Source of the DNA: Falsibacillus pallidus
GTDB taxonomy: Bacteria; Bacillota; Bacilli; Bacillales; DSM-25281
Assembly (NCBI RefSeq): GCF_003350505.1
Contig: NZ_QQAY01000014.1
Coordinates: 1 to 24,000, forward strand
Length of the DNA: 24,000 bases
Direction: 5' to 3'
Below the pieces are notes generated by a model. That model was given only the letters and a program-made list of their open reading frames with translations, had not been told where the DNA came from and made no database searches. Made by a program: the position numbers and the translations under genes. Shown piece by piece: positions 16,316 to 23,788 of the stretch; the stretch's first letter is position 1; each line of letters opens with the position of its first letter.

Positions 16316-16717
16316 GGAAGGTGTCTTGAGAAAGTGCCTAGAAAGTGCCTGTCACGCCCCGGATTTTGTCGATTTTTGTAAAATTCAATTGGATCCATCA
16401 ATATGCTTAGCTTGCATTAGGTATATTTAGTAGAAAAAGTGCAAGTGGCGCATAAGATGGTGAGTTTGGCGCATAGCCCCAACCGGCCGGCGCATAGCAG
16501 AGGATTTTTCGCGCATAGAGCCAGAACAGCGGCGCATAGCCGATGGTTTCTGGCGCATAGAGCCTGCAGAAGAGGCTAATCTCCCTTGGAATCCTTGCTT
16601 TTTCGTCATTTAGTCACTCTAACGGACACCATCTGAACCTTTCACCACATCTATATGCTTATTTCGAGGAACATTCACCATCATTTCCACTCATGTCCCT
16701 TCTATTTTCCACCCCAA
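16316..16717. repeat. Copy A of an unclassified ~0.4 kb noncoding dispersed element
   Basis: It aligns by eye along its whole length with 22600-22977 in the same orientation. Exact shared blocks include gtgagtttggcgcatagcccc, accggccggcgcatag, cccttggaatccttgctttttcg, tttagtcactcta and cggacaccatctga. Confidence 0.85.
16447..16560. repeat. Array of six GGCGCATAG motifs at an exact 21-bp period (core of element A)
   Basis: The motif starts at 16447, 16468, 16489, 16510, 16531 and 16552. Variants are ggcgcataa (repeat 1) and cgcgcatag (repeat 4). The 12-bp spacers are unrelated to one another. Confidence 0.9.
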
Positions 16718-16733
16718 TGAACAAAATCAGACG

Positions 16734-16765
16734 AAAATAAAAGCCGCTTCACAAGGAAGCAGCTT
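16734..16765 (-). terminator. Rho-independent terminator of cshA (contains the right copy of the 27-bp direct repeat, 16746-16772)
   Basis: The minus strand reads AAGCTGCTTCcttgtGAAGCGGCTTttattttcg. The stem is 10 positions with one mismatch, followed by a T-rich tail. It starts 8 nt after the cshA stop codon. Confidence 0.75.
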
Positions 16766-16773
16766 TTGACTGA

Positions 16774-18252
16774 TTAGTTATTTTTTTGAGGTCTTTTTCT
16801 TGGCGGTCTGCTAGCAGAAGAACGCTGCTGGTCGCGCCCGTAGCTGCGCTGTCCTTGACCGGATCCTTGAGGCTTCCCTCTTCTGCGGGAGCGGCCGTTG
16901 TCTCTGCTTCCGCTTCCGCTACCCCTTCTGGATGGAAGAGGAGCTTCTTCGGTAATTTTGATTGCTGAACTGTCAGGCTCTTTTGTAAGAACTTTCAATG
17001 CAGCTGCAGCAATTTGCTCAGGAGTGAAATTCTCAAGCAATTTTTCGCCCATTTCCTGATAATCCTGCAATGAATTTGCTTCGATGGTTTCAGCTAATTG
17101 ATCGTAAGACGCTTTTAGCAGTCCTTCAAGTGCTTCTGACCAAGTCGGCGGCTTCATTGGAGTCATGCGCTTCTTAGTAGTCTGTTCAACTACTTTCAAG
17201 TAGCCCATTTCACGAGGGCTGACAAATGTCATTGCCACACCTTCTTTACCTGCGCGTCCAGTACGTCCGATACGGTGGACATAGCTTTCCGGATCTTGCG
17301 GGATATCGAAGTTGTAGACATGTGTGACGCCTGAAATATCCAGACCGCGAGCTGCAACATCCGTTGCAACCAATACATCGATTTTGCCTTCTTTGAACTT
17401 TTTAAGAACAAGCAGGCGCTTCGCTTGGCTTAGATCTCCGTGGATCCCTTCTGCCAAATATCCTCTTAAGGAAAGAGCATTTGCAAGTTCATCTACACGG
17501 CGCTTCGTACGGCCGAATACAATCGCAAGCTCAGGGGATTGCGTATCAAGCAAACGGGATAATACATCGAATTTTTCTCTTTCTGGTACTTTCACATAGA
17601 ACTGCTCGATGTTGGATACTGTCATTTCCTTTGCTTTTACTTTTACAAGCTCAGGATTCTTCATGAATTTCTCAGCGATGCGGCGGATTGGATCCGGCAT
17701 TGTAGCTGAGAATAGAAGTGTTTGGCGATCTGCCGGTACATTGGAAAGGATGGACTCGATATCTTCTTTGAAGCCCATGTTCAACATTTCATCCGCTTCG
17801 TCCAAAATCAATGTGTGAACATTATCTAAACGCAATGTGCGTCGTTTGATATGGTCAAGGATACGTCCTGGAGTTCCTACAACAATGTTAGGGTTTTTCT
17901 TAAGGGCACGGATTTGGCGCTGGATGTCCGCTCCTCCATATACAGCCAATACACGTGCACGGCTGTCTTGGCCGACTTTATATAATTCTTCAGAAACCTG
18001 AATGGCTAATTCACGGGTAGGGGCAATAATGATCCCTTGTACGTCATTGCTTTTTGGATCAAGCTTCTCGATCAGTGGAATACCAAAAGCAGCGGTTTTC
18101 CCTGTACCTGTCTGTGCCTGGCCGATGATGTCCTTTCCTTGTAGACTCAAAGGAATCGTTCCGGCTTGAATTGGAGTTGCTTCTTCAAAACCCATCCGTT
18201 TAACTGACTTCAACGTTGTTGGGCTTAAACCTAATTCTGAAAACTTCGTCAA
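16774..18252 (-). CDS. cshA: DEAD-box ATP-dependent RNA helicase CshA
   Basis: The Q motif, [15 protein letters not shown] and [10 protein letters not shown] motifs are all present, along with an Arg/Gly/Ser-rich C-terminal tail. It uses a TTG start downstream of AAAGGAG. Confidence 0.95.
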   Translation of the reverse strand: MTKFSELGLSPTTLKSVKRMGFEEATPIQAGTIPLSLQGKDIIGQAQTGTGKTAAFGIPLIEKLDPKSNDVQGIIIAPTRELAIQVSEELYKVGQDSRARVLAVYGGADIQRQIRALKKNPNIVVGTPGRILDHIKRRTLRLDNVHTLILDEADEMLNMGFKEDIESILSNVPADRQTLLFSATMPDPIRRIAEKFMKNPELVKVKAKEMTVSNIEQFYVKVPEREKFDVLSRLLDTQSPELAIVFGRTKRRVDELANALSLRGYLAEGIHGDLSQAKRLLVLKKFKEGKIDVLVATDVAARGLDISGVTHVYNFDIPQDPESYVHRIGRTGRAGKEGVAMTFVSPREMGYLKVVEQTTKKRMTPMKPPTWSEALEGLLKASYDQLAETIEANSLQDYQEMGEKLLENFTPEQIAAAALKVLTKEPDSSAIKITEEAPLPSRRGSGSGSRDNGRSRRRGKPQGSGQGQRSYGRDQQRSSASRPPRKRPQKNN

Positions 18253-18325
18253 TGCTATTCATTCTCCTTTATTCTTCTTTAAAAGCGGCTACTTTATTTT
18301 ATAGTCACTTTTCGTTTTTTATAAA

Positions 18326-18364
18326 CAAAAAAAGACACTCTTCGGTTGAAGAGTTGTTTTTTTG
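18326..18364. terminator. Bidirectional-looking terminator after the alpha/beta-hydrolase gene
   Basis: aaaaaaagacACTCTTCggttGAAGAGTtgttttttt is a 7-bp stem flanked by an A-run and a T-run. Confidence 0.7.
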
Positions 18365-18410
18365 GGTATTAATGATGTTTCTGTAATGTTACCACTAATA
18401 AAGATGGATT

Positions 18411-19124
18411 TCAACGTAAGGACCTGCCTTTATTTTTTTCCTTCAAAAAACAAAATATTTCGTCAAATAATTCCATCTGCCCATCGCAATGGCAGATCAA
18501 ATGCTTGGCGCCAGGCTCCAGCCTTAGGATCTTTCGGCTGCTCCCGATTTTATCATATAAATAATAAGCGCTTTTAATGGGAACAATTCCATCTTCTTCC
18601 CCTTGAGCGATAAACGTGGGAATATCGATTTCACCCAGCACTGACTTGGAAAGCTTGACGATTTTCTTAAATTCTCTTGTGGAAGAAATTGGCGTTGAAA
18701 TTATTTTCTTTCTGTAGCGGTTAAACAACTCATTCTCTTTAAGCTTTCCATTTAACGAGTCATTTATGATTTCTTTTATATCCTTCAATAGTTGTTCAAA
18801 GTTGATATAGTACGCAGCGGCACTCAGCAGCACCAGGCGGGACACAGGGTACCTTGCTGCAAGATAGCCTGCAATCAATCCGCCCATCGAGAATCCGACA
18901 AGGTAGACCTCTTCGCACTCATCCAACAGATCTTTTAACGCTTCTTCCGCACACTCAATCCATTCATGATGAAGGATGCCCTTAAGCTCCAGCTCTTCCC
19001 CATGTCCGGGAAGAGTCGGAACCGCCACTTTCCACTCGGTATGCTCTGCCAGATAGTCGGCTAAAGGCTGCACTTCAAATGGGGAGCCGGTAAAACCGTG
19101 TATTAATAGACATCCTTTCATCAT
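18411..19124 (-). CDS. Alpha/beta-hydrolase, carboxylesterase-like
   Basis: The protein has HGFTGSP oxyanion-region and GFSMGG nucleophile-elbow motifs, plus a C-terminal Asp/His context (EEDGIVP...AKHLI). It has two tandem ATGs, and 19121 has the better spacing from the GGTGG RBS. Confidence 0.8.
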   Translation of the reverse strand: MMKGCLLIHGFTGSPFEVQPLADYLAEHTEWKVAVPTLPGHGEELELKGILHHEWIECAEEALKDLLDECEEVYLVGFSMGGLIAGYLAARYPVSRLVLLSAAAYYINFEQLLKDIKEIINDSLNGKLKENELFNRYRKKIISTPISSTREFKKIVKLSKSVLGEIDIPTFIAQGEEDGIVPIKSAYYLYDKIGSSRKILRLEPGAKHLICHCDGQMELFDEIFCFLKEKNKGRSLR

Positions 19125-19137
19125 ATTCCACCAACTT

Positions 19138-20520
19138 CTATTTTGATTCTAAAGCATGGACGATATCTTCCAGCTTCATCCCTCTTGATGCCTTTACGAG
19201 GATAAAATCCTTTTCTTGCACTTTACTCTTAAGTTCCTCGATCAACGGCTCTTTATCCAGTGAGGCGTGGACCCGCTTCTCGCCAAATCTTTCCCTCGCC
19301 CCTTCCGCAATCCACAGCCCGCGCTCGCCATAAGTGAATACTTCAGTGATTTTCTCAGGATCGATTTCCCGTCCGGTTTGAAGATGGAATTCCTTCTCTT
19401 TATCGCCAAGTTCGAGCATATCCCCAAGGACTAAATATTTTTTGCCCAATCCTGTCTGTTCTTCTGCAAGATTGATTGCTGCACGCATAGAAGTCGGACT
19501 GGCATTATAAGCATCATTAATAATGACAGATCCATTGATTCCAGCCACTTTCTCCATTCTCATGGCAGTCAGTTTGAGGCCGGCCAACCCGGTTTTGATT
19601 TTCTCCAAATCAAGGCCAAGCTTGCTGCCGACGATAACCGCTGAAATGGCATTCATTACATTGTGTATCCCCATTACCGGAACGAAGAATTCGATATCAG
19701 GATTGATGTTTACTCGAAAATGGTTTCCATCCGCTGTCGAATCTACCTGGACAGGGTAAACGTCATTATTTTCACTTTGTCCAAACGACTGCAATTTATA
19801 AGGCAGACTGCCCTGCAGCCTTTCCTGCAGCAACGGCTCGTCGCCGAAATAAACGAGTGTCCCTTCTTCCCCAAGACCAAGGGCAATTTCAAGCTTGGCT
19901 TCAGCAATTCCTTCCCTCGAACCGAGATCCTGCAAGTGGGATTCTCCAATATTAGTGATAACAGCGATGTCTGGACGGGCTAATTTTGTCAGGAACTCGA
20001 TTTCTCCTCTTGCGCTCATTCCCATTTCGAGGACGACCGCCTTTGTATCTTCCTCAATGGACAGCAGGGTCAATGGAAGGCCGAGGTGGTTATTGTAGTT
20101 CCCTTCTGTCTTCTGCACTTTAAATCCAGTGCCCAATACAGCAGCAATCATGTCCTTCGTTGTCGTTTTCCCGTTGCTGCCGGTGACGCCGACGACTTTC
20201 AAGTCTAGTTGATTCCGATACGACTTGGAAAGTTCCTGTACGGCTTCCATTGAGCTTTCCACCAGCAATATAGGGACATCCTGAGGAGGGTTGGGGACAT
20301 CTTTTTCCCACAATGCTGCCGCAGCCCCTTTTTCAAAGGCATCCTTGACCAATGTATGCCCGTCGATTTTTTCTCCTTTAAACGGAATGAACAAATTGCC
20401 TTTTTGCAGCTTTCTCGTATCAATGCAGACGCCTTGAATGTCAGTGTCTCCGAAAGCATCAAGAACCTTTTGATCAAACTGAAACATTTCCGAAAGCTGT
20501 TTTATCGAACGTTTTATCAT
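19138..20520 (-). CDS. murF: UDP-N-acetylmuramoyl-tripeptide--D-alanyl-D-alanine ligase
   Basis: The 460-aa Mur ligase has the GVTGSNGKTTTKDM P-loop and DAYNASPTSM block. It lies immediately downstream of ddl, with an AAAGGAGAA RBS. Confidence 0.95.
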   Translation of the reverse strand: MIKRSIKQLSEMFQFDQKVLDAFGDTDIQGVCIDTRKLQKGNLFIPFKGEKIDGHTLVKDAFEKGAAAALWEKDVPNPPQDVPILLVESSMEAVQELSKSYRNQLDLKVVGVTGSNGKTTTKDMIAAVLGTGFKVQKTEGNYNNHLGLPLTLLSIEEDTKAVVLEMGMSARGEIEFLTKLARPDIAVITNIGESHLQDLGSREGIAEAKLEIALGLGEEGTLVYFGDEPLLQERLQGSLPYKLQSFGQSENNDVYPVQVDSTADGNHFRVNINPDIEFFVPVMGIHNVMNAISAVIVGSKLGLDLEKIKTGLAGLKLTAMRMEKVAGINGSVIINDAYNASPTSMRAAINLAEEQTGLGKKYLVLGDMLELGDKEKEFHLQTGREIDPEKITEVFTYGERGLWIAEGARERFGEKRVHASLDKEPLIEELKSKVQEKDFILVKASRGMKLEDIVHALESK

Positions 20521-20559
20521 CTGGACGATTCTCCTTTTTCATAAACAATCAGGATACAA

Positions 20560-20593
20560 GAAGGGCCAACTAAAACAATTCTTAGTCAGCCTT
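20560..20593 (-). other. Long imperfect stem-loop in the ddl-murF intercistronic gap
   Basis: The minus strand reads GAAGGCTGACTAAgaattgttTTAGTTGGCCCTTC. It forms about 13 pairs, including two G-U pairs and one bulge. No clean T-run follows it. Confidence 0.5.
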
Positions 20594-20620
20594 CTATGAA
20601 TCACTATTGGATTTTCACTA

Positions 20621-21691
20621 TTAGAATGTATGCTTGATGTTTTGCTTTTCTTCATGGCGTTCAATCGCCAATTGAACCAATCTTTCAATAAGAGCCGGAT
20701 AGTCGACACCTGTATGCTTCCAAAGAAGAGGGAACATGCTGAATGGCGTGAAGCCCGGCATGGTGTTCACTTCATTGATCAGGACTCTTCCATCCTTCGT
20801 CAAAAAGAAATCCGCTCGCACAAGACCGGAATTATCCAATGCCTTATAGGATTTAACTGCCATGTCCTTCATCTCCGCGTAGACCTCATCGGAAATTTCA
20901 GCCGGGATGATCAGTGCTGTTTCACCATCTTCGTATTTCGCTTTGTAATCATAGAAATCTTTTTTCGGAACAATTTCACCGGCAACGGAACATTCAGGTT
21001 TATCGTTCCCCATTACGCCGATTTCGATTTCTCTTGCGACAACGCCTTCTTCAATGATGATTTTACGGTCGAATTGGAAAGCCTCTTCAAACGCTTGGCT
21101 CAATTCTTCTCTATTCGTACATTTGCTGATACCTACACTCGAGCCGAGGTTTGCCGGTTTGACAAAGCAAGGATACCCCAATCTCTCTTCTACTTCTTTG
21201 TAGGCAGCTTCAGGGTCATCCTTCCAAGATTGGCGGATGAACCAGACATAATCGACTTGCGCCAATCCTGCTTGGGCAAATAGATTTTTCATGATGACTT
21301 TATCCATGCCGGCAGCGGATGCAAGCACTCCATTCCCAACGTAAGGAAGGTTGAGCAGCTCCAGCATGCCTTGAACTGTACCGTCCTCTCCATTTGGACC
21401 ATGAAGGAGCGGAAAGACCACTTCAGTGTTTCCTTTTTCCACTTGTGCACTGGCGTCTGCCAAGGCAGTAGGTGCAATGTTTTCGCCATTGTTATATTCA
21501 AGTTCTTTCACGGTTTCTACCGGACCAGATAACAGTGGGCCTTTGACCCAGCGGCCTTCCGTTGTGATAAAGATCGGCTGAATATCATATTTTTCGGGAT
21601 CTAAAGCACCGATAACCGCTTTAGCTGTTTGCAAAGATACTTTATGTTCTGCGGATTTCCCGCCGTATAATAAATTTAATTTCGTCTTCAT
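20621..21691 (-). CDS. ddl: D-alanine--D-alanine ligase
   Basis: The protein shows the ATP-grasp Ddl signature ([35 protein letters not shown]). I set the start at ATG 21691, 5 nt after GGAGG; the ORF-track TTG at 21703 overlaps the RBS. Confidence 0.95.
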   Translation of the reverse strand: MKTKLNLLYGGKSAEHKVSLQTAKAVIGALDPEKYDIQPIFITTEGRWVKGPLLSGPVETVKELEYNNGENIAPTALADASAQVEKGNTEVVFPLLHGPNGEDGTVQGMLELLNLPYVGNGVLASAAGMDKVIMKNLFAQAGLAQVDYVWFIRQSWKDDPEAAYKEVEERLGYPCFVKPANLGSSVGISKCTNREELSQAFEEAFQFDRKIIIEEGVVAREIEIGVMGNDKPECSVAGEIVPKKDFYDYKAKYEDGETALIIPAEISDEVYAEMKDMAVKSYKALDNSGLVRADFFLTKDGRVLINEVNTMPGFTPFSMFPLLWKHTGVDYPALIERLVQLAIERHEEKQNIKHTF

Positions 21692-21884
21692 GTTGACCTC
21701 CAAATGGCATTTGAGATGTCTCTATTTTAACACTTTCCTTCAAAAGAAAAAGAAGGATTAAAGGCTTGTAATAAAAAAATAACTTAACCATATCGCACCC
21801 AGCTGCTTATATATGGATATGTAAAGGAAGAAAAAAAGAACCTATTCCACCTGAAAAACGTTTCTTATATTGTCGCCTGCATTT

Positions 21885-21893
21885 ATTATACCA
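21885..21893 (-). promoter_or_regulatory. Candidate extended -10 promoter (TGgTATAAT) upstream of ddl
   Basis: The minus strand reads ttattttGGTATAATaaatg, which contains TGgTATAAT. The -35 region is weak. A second candidate, TGtTAAAAT, lies at 21724-21732. Confidence 0.35.
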
Positions 21894-21957
21894 AAATAAT
21901 AAATATAGCTGTCTTTATTTTTCCTGTACCTATACCCATTGCACGCTGCAACTAAAA

Positions 21958-21977
21958 CCATTTTGGAATCAAAATGG
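21958..21977 (-). terminator. Possible terminator hairpin downstream of the 144-aa gene
   Basis: CCATTTTggaatcAAAATGG forms a 7-bp stem, followed on the minus strand by tttt. A second small hairpin (tgacttagtca, with a T-run on the minus strand) lies at 21990-22000. Confidence 0.4.
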
Positions 21978-22041
21978 CAAATAAAAAACTGACTTAGTCA
22001 ACATCTTGCTTTTGAGCCAGTTTATTATATTAATTTGAAGT

Positions 22042-22476
22042 TTATTGCTGGTTTCCCCGGACTAGCCATTTTTCTACAAATGAATAGCTGCCTACTGTTC
22101 CTTCCTTTGCGGCAGTAAAACGGCAGGAATCCGGAAATTCCATCCATTCAAATGTCATCCCGTCTTCTATCAACGATAAAAAGGTTTCCATGTGCTCCAC
22201 TTCCTTTACTTTTGAAAAGGTAATGGCGATCGAATCATGGATTTCCTTTTGCTTATTCGTATTATAAATCCAATCGTGGTTGAATTTCATAAACTGCTCG
22301 TAAAGAACCTCGCAGCTCCAAATCCCCCAAATATGCGCGTTAAACTCTGCATCCCAGCCGCCTAATTGCCACAACAGGCCTGGTGTATTTTTAACTTTGA
22401 GCCATTGACCTTGCGCATCAGAAAATAATTCCCTTTTCCCTTCTGCTACTTCACAAACAATATGCTTAATCAGCAT
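22042..22476 (-). CDS. Hypothetical protein, 144 aa (possibly DUF4937 / ABM-like fold; this assignment is from memory only)
   Basis: It is a clean ORF with an ATG start and a GGGGGAAAGAG RBS. It has no TM helix or signal peptide and is Trp-rich. I see no recognisable catalytic motif. Confidence 0.6.
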   Translation of the reverse strand: MLIKHIVCEVAEGKRELFSDAQGQWLKVKNTPGLLWQLGGWDAEFNAHIWGIWSCEVLYEQFMKFNHDWIYNTNKQKEIHDSIAITFSKVKEVEHMETFLSLIEDGMTFEWMEFPDSCRFTAAKEGTVGSYSFVEKWLVRGNQQ

Positions 22477-22599
22477 CTCTTTCCCCCAACATGTTTTTTC
22501 ACAAATCCCCTAAGCCATTTTACTATGAAATAGCCGCGGATAATAGTCTGATTATTCAATCTAGAATAAAAAATGAGGCTTCTTGCCTAAGTGCGTACA

Positions 22600-22977
22600 G
22601 GAAGGTGACTGTTACGCCCCGGGTTTTGTCGATTTATGTAAGAACCACTGGAATTCATTGATATGTGCAGATTTCTATAAGTTTATTTAGTCCAAAAAGT
22701 ACCAGTGGCGCATAGGAGTGTGAGTTTGGCGCATAGCCCCTACCGGCCGGCGCATAGTCGAGGGATTTTCGCGCATAGAACCAGAGAAATCGGTGCATAG
22801 CCGACTGATTCTGGCGCATTAGAGCCTCAGGAAACGGCTATTTACCCTTGGAATCCTTGCTTTTTCGACGTTTAGTCACTCTACCGGACACCATCTGATC
22901 CAATTGCCACATCCATAAGCCTATTCCGAAGAACATTCGCACTAATTTGACCCCATCACCCGCCAATTTCCTCACCA
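22600..22977. repeat. Copy B of the unclassified ~0.4 kb noncoding dispersed element
   Basis: It is collinear with 16316-16717 in the same orientation, with the same block order and the same 6-unit array. Confidence 0.85.
22707..22822. repeat. Array of six GGCGCATAG-type motifs at 21-bp spacing (core of element B)
   Basis: The motif starts at 22707, 22728, 22749, 22770, 22792 and 22813. One interval is 22 bp. Repeat 5 reads ggtgcatag and repeat 6 reads ggcgcattag. Confidence 0.9.
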
Positions 22978-22981
22978 AATA

Positions 22982-23011
22982 GAAAAAATCCGCCAATCAC
23001 CTCGGCGGATT
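22982..23011 (-). terminator. Rho-independent terminator of the 257-aa gene
   Basis: The minus strand reads AATCCGCCgaggtgattGGCGGATTttttctatt. The stem is 8 bp and perfect, followed by a T-run, 3 nt after the stop codon. Confidence 0.85.
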
Positions 23012-23014
23012 CCT

Positions 23015-23788
23015 TTATTTTACGAAAACCTTCCATTCCTTGGTTTTCCGGTCAAAGACTATCTTCCCATCAAGGGGATTAGCCGTTATATTTTGGTATT
23101 CTTCGTACATCTCATCCATATTGACGAAATCGCCGATGACCCAAATGGGAATCTCGATTTTCGTCCTGCTCTGTTCTGCCTTTTCGATCGAAAATAAGAG
23201 TCCTTCTTTCATATCTTCTATAAATGGATAAAGAATTTCTTTCGGCATCACAGGGTAATCTTTTCGCTTTTTCAGTCCAAGAAATGATTTTTCACCTTTA
23301 AAGCTGCTGAGTTTATGGGATAGAGCGGTGCCAAGTACTCCGTAAAAGTCATCCATTGAACGATAATACGTTTTATTGAACCAGCCGTCATCCTGCGCCA
23401 GATACGCAAATTGATTATTCAATTTCCGGTAGAAAGGCAGTCTGAGGTGGCTTTTTGAATGGCTTAAATATAATAATTCAGCGATTTCCTGCCCTTCAAG
23501 CTGATCAAGGGATTCTTCGTCCTCAAAATCCAGCCAGCAGAACCCGCCATATTGATGCACTTCTTCCTTTAAGAGCTTATCGATTTCTTCATCCCCGACA
23601 TATTCTAAAAGCGTATGGCGGTTAAATTCACCATCTTCAAAACGATGTTGCAGCAATAAAAGCTTCCCCGGCAGTTTGGGGACACCTGACATGAACTCTT
23701 TGAATTGAAGCCCATGTGATACGACATATTGATCTGAATGGTTTACATGAACATAGATGAGATTCCGCACATCCTGTGAATGTTTCAA
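23015..23788 (-). CDS. Hypothetical cytoplasmic protein, about 257 aa, acidic, no recognised domain
   Basis: This is a long clean ORF. I set the start at TTG 23788 (MKHSQDV), 7 nt after GGAGGG. The ORF-track TTG at 23818 reads through that RBS. Confidence 0.65.
   Translation of the reverse strand: MKHSQDVRNLIYVHVNHSDQYVVSHGLQFKEFMSGVPKLPGKLLLLQHRFEDGEFNRHTLLEYVGDEEIDKLLKEEVHQYGGFCWLDFEDEESLDQLEGQEIAELLYLSHSKSHLRLPFYRKLNNQFAYLAQDDGWFNKTYYRSMDDFYGVLGTALSHKLSSFKGEKSFLGLKKRKDYPVMPKEILYPFIEDMKEGLLFSIEKAEQSRTKIEIPIWVIGDFVNMDEMYEEYQNITANPLDGKIVFDRKTKEWKVFVK

Noticed and set aside
16447-16560. Possible miniature CRISPR array
   Set aside because: The conserved unit is only 9 bp and the spacers only 12 bp. 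The flanks are conserved between the two copies as part of a larger element. There are no cas genes or leader in the window.
16439-16579. A plus-strand open frame of about 45 codons through the same array (VAHKMVSLAHSPNRPAHSRGFFAH...)
   Set aside because: It has no RBS and only GTG candidate starts. Copy B terminates early at TAG in repeat 5 because of the 22-bp interval. It is not conserved as a protein.
16427-16609. A 60-aa minus-strand ORF (MTKKQGFQGRLASS...AMRR/SMRQ heptad-like repeats) running through element A
   Set aside because: Its periodic sequence is simply the 21-bp DNA repeat read in frame. In copy B the ATG is ACG, an in-frame TAA follows after 9 codons, and a 1-nt spacing change shifts the frame. 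There is no RBS. Substitutions between the copies are not biased to third codon positions.
16316-16717. Classification of the repeat element as an IS element or MITE
   Set aside because: I found no terminal inverted repeats: the ends read ggaaggtg... and ...ttttccacccc, which are not reverse complements. There is no short target-site duplication and no transposase. I have therefore left it as an unclassified repeat.
6144-21283. Long antisense ORFs inside rsbW/rsbV (6144-6695), rsbU (7082-7639), alr (10399-10872, 10885-11190, 11258-11587), ydbT (14719-15201), ddl (20630-21283) and many shorter ones
   Set aside because: Each lies opposite a confidently identified, conserved gene. They lack RBSs and have low-complexity or atypical composition. 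They are shadow ORFs.
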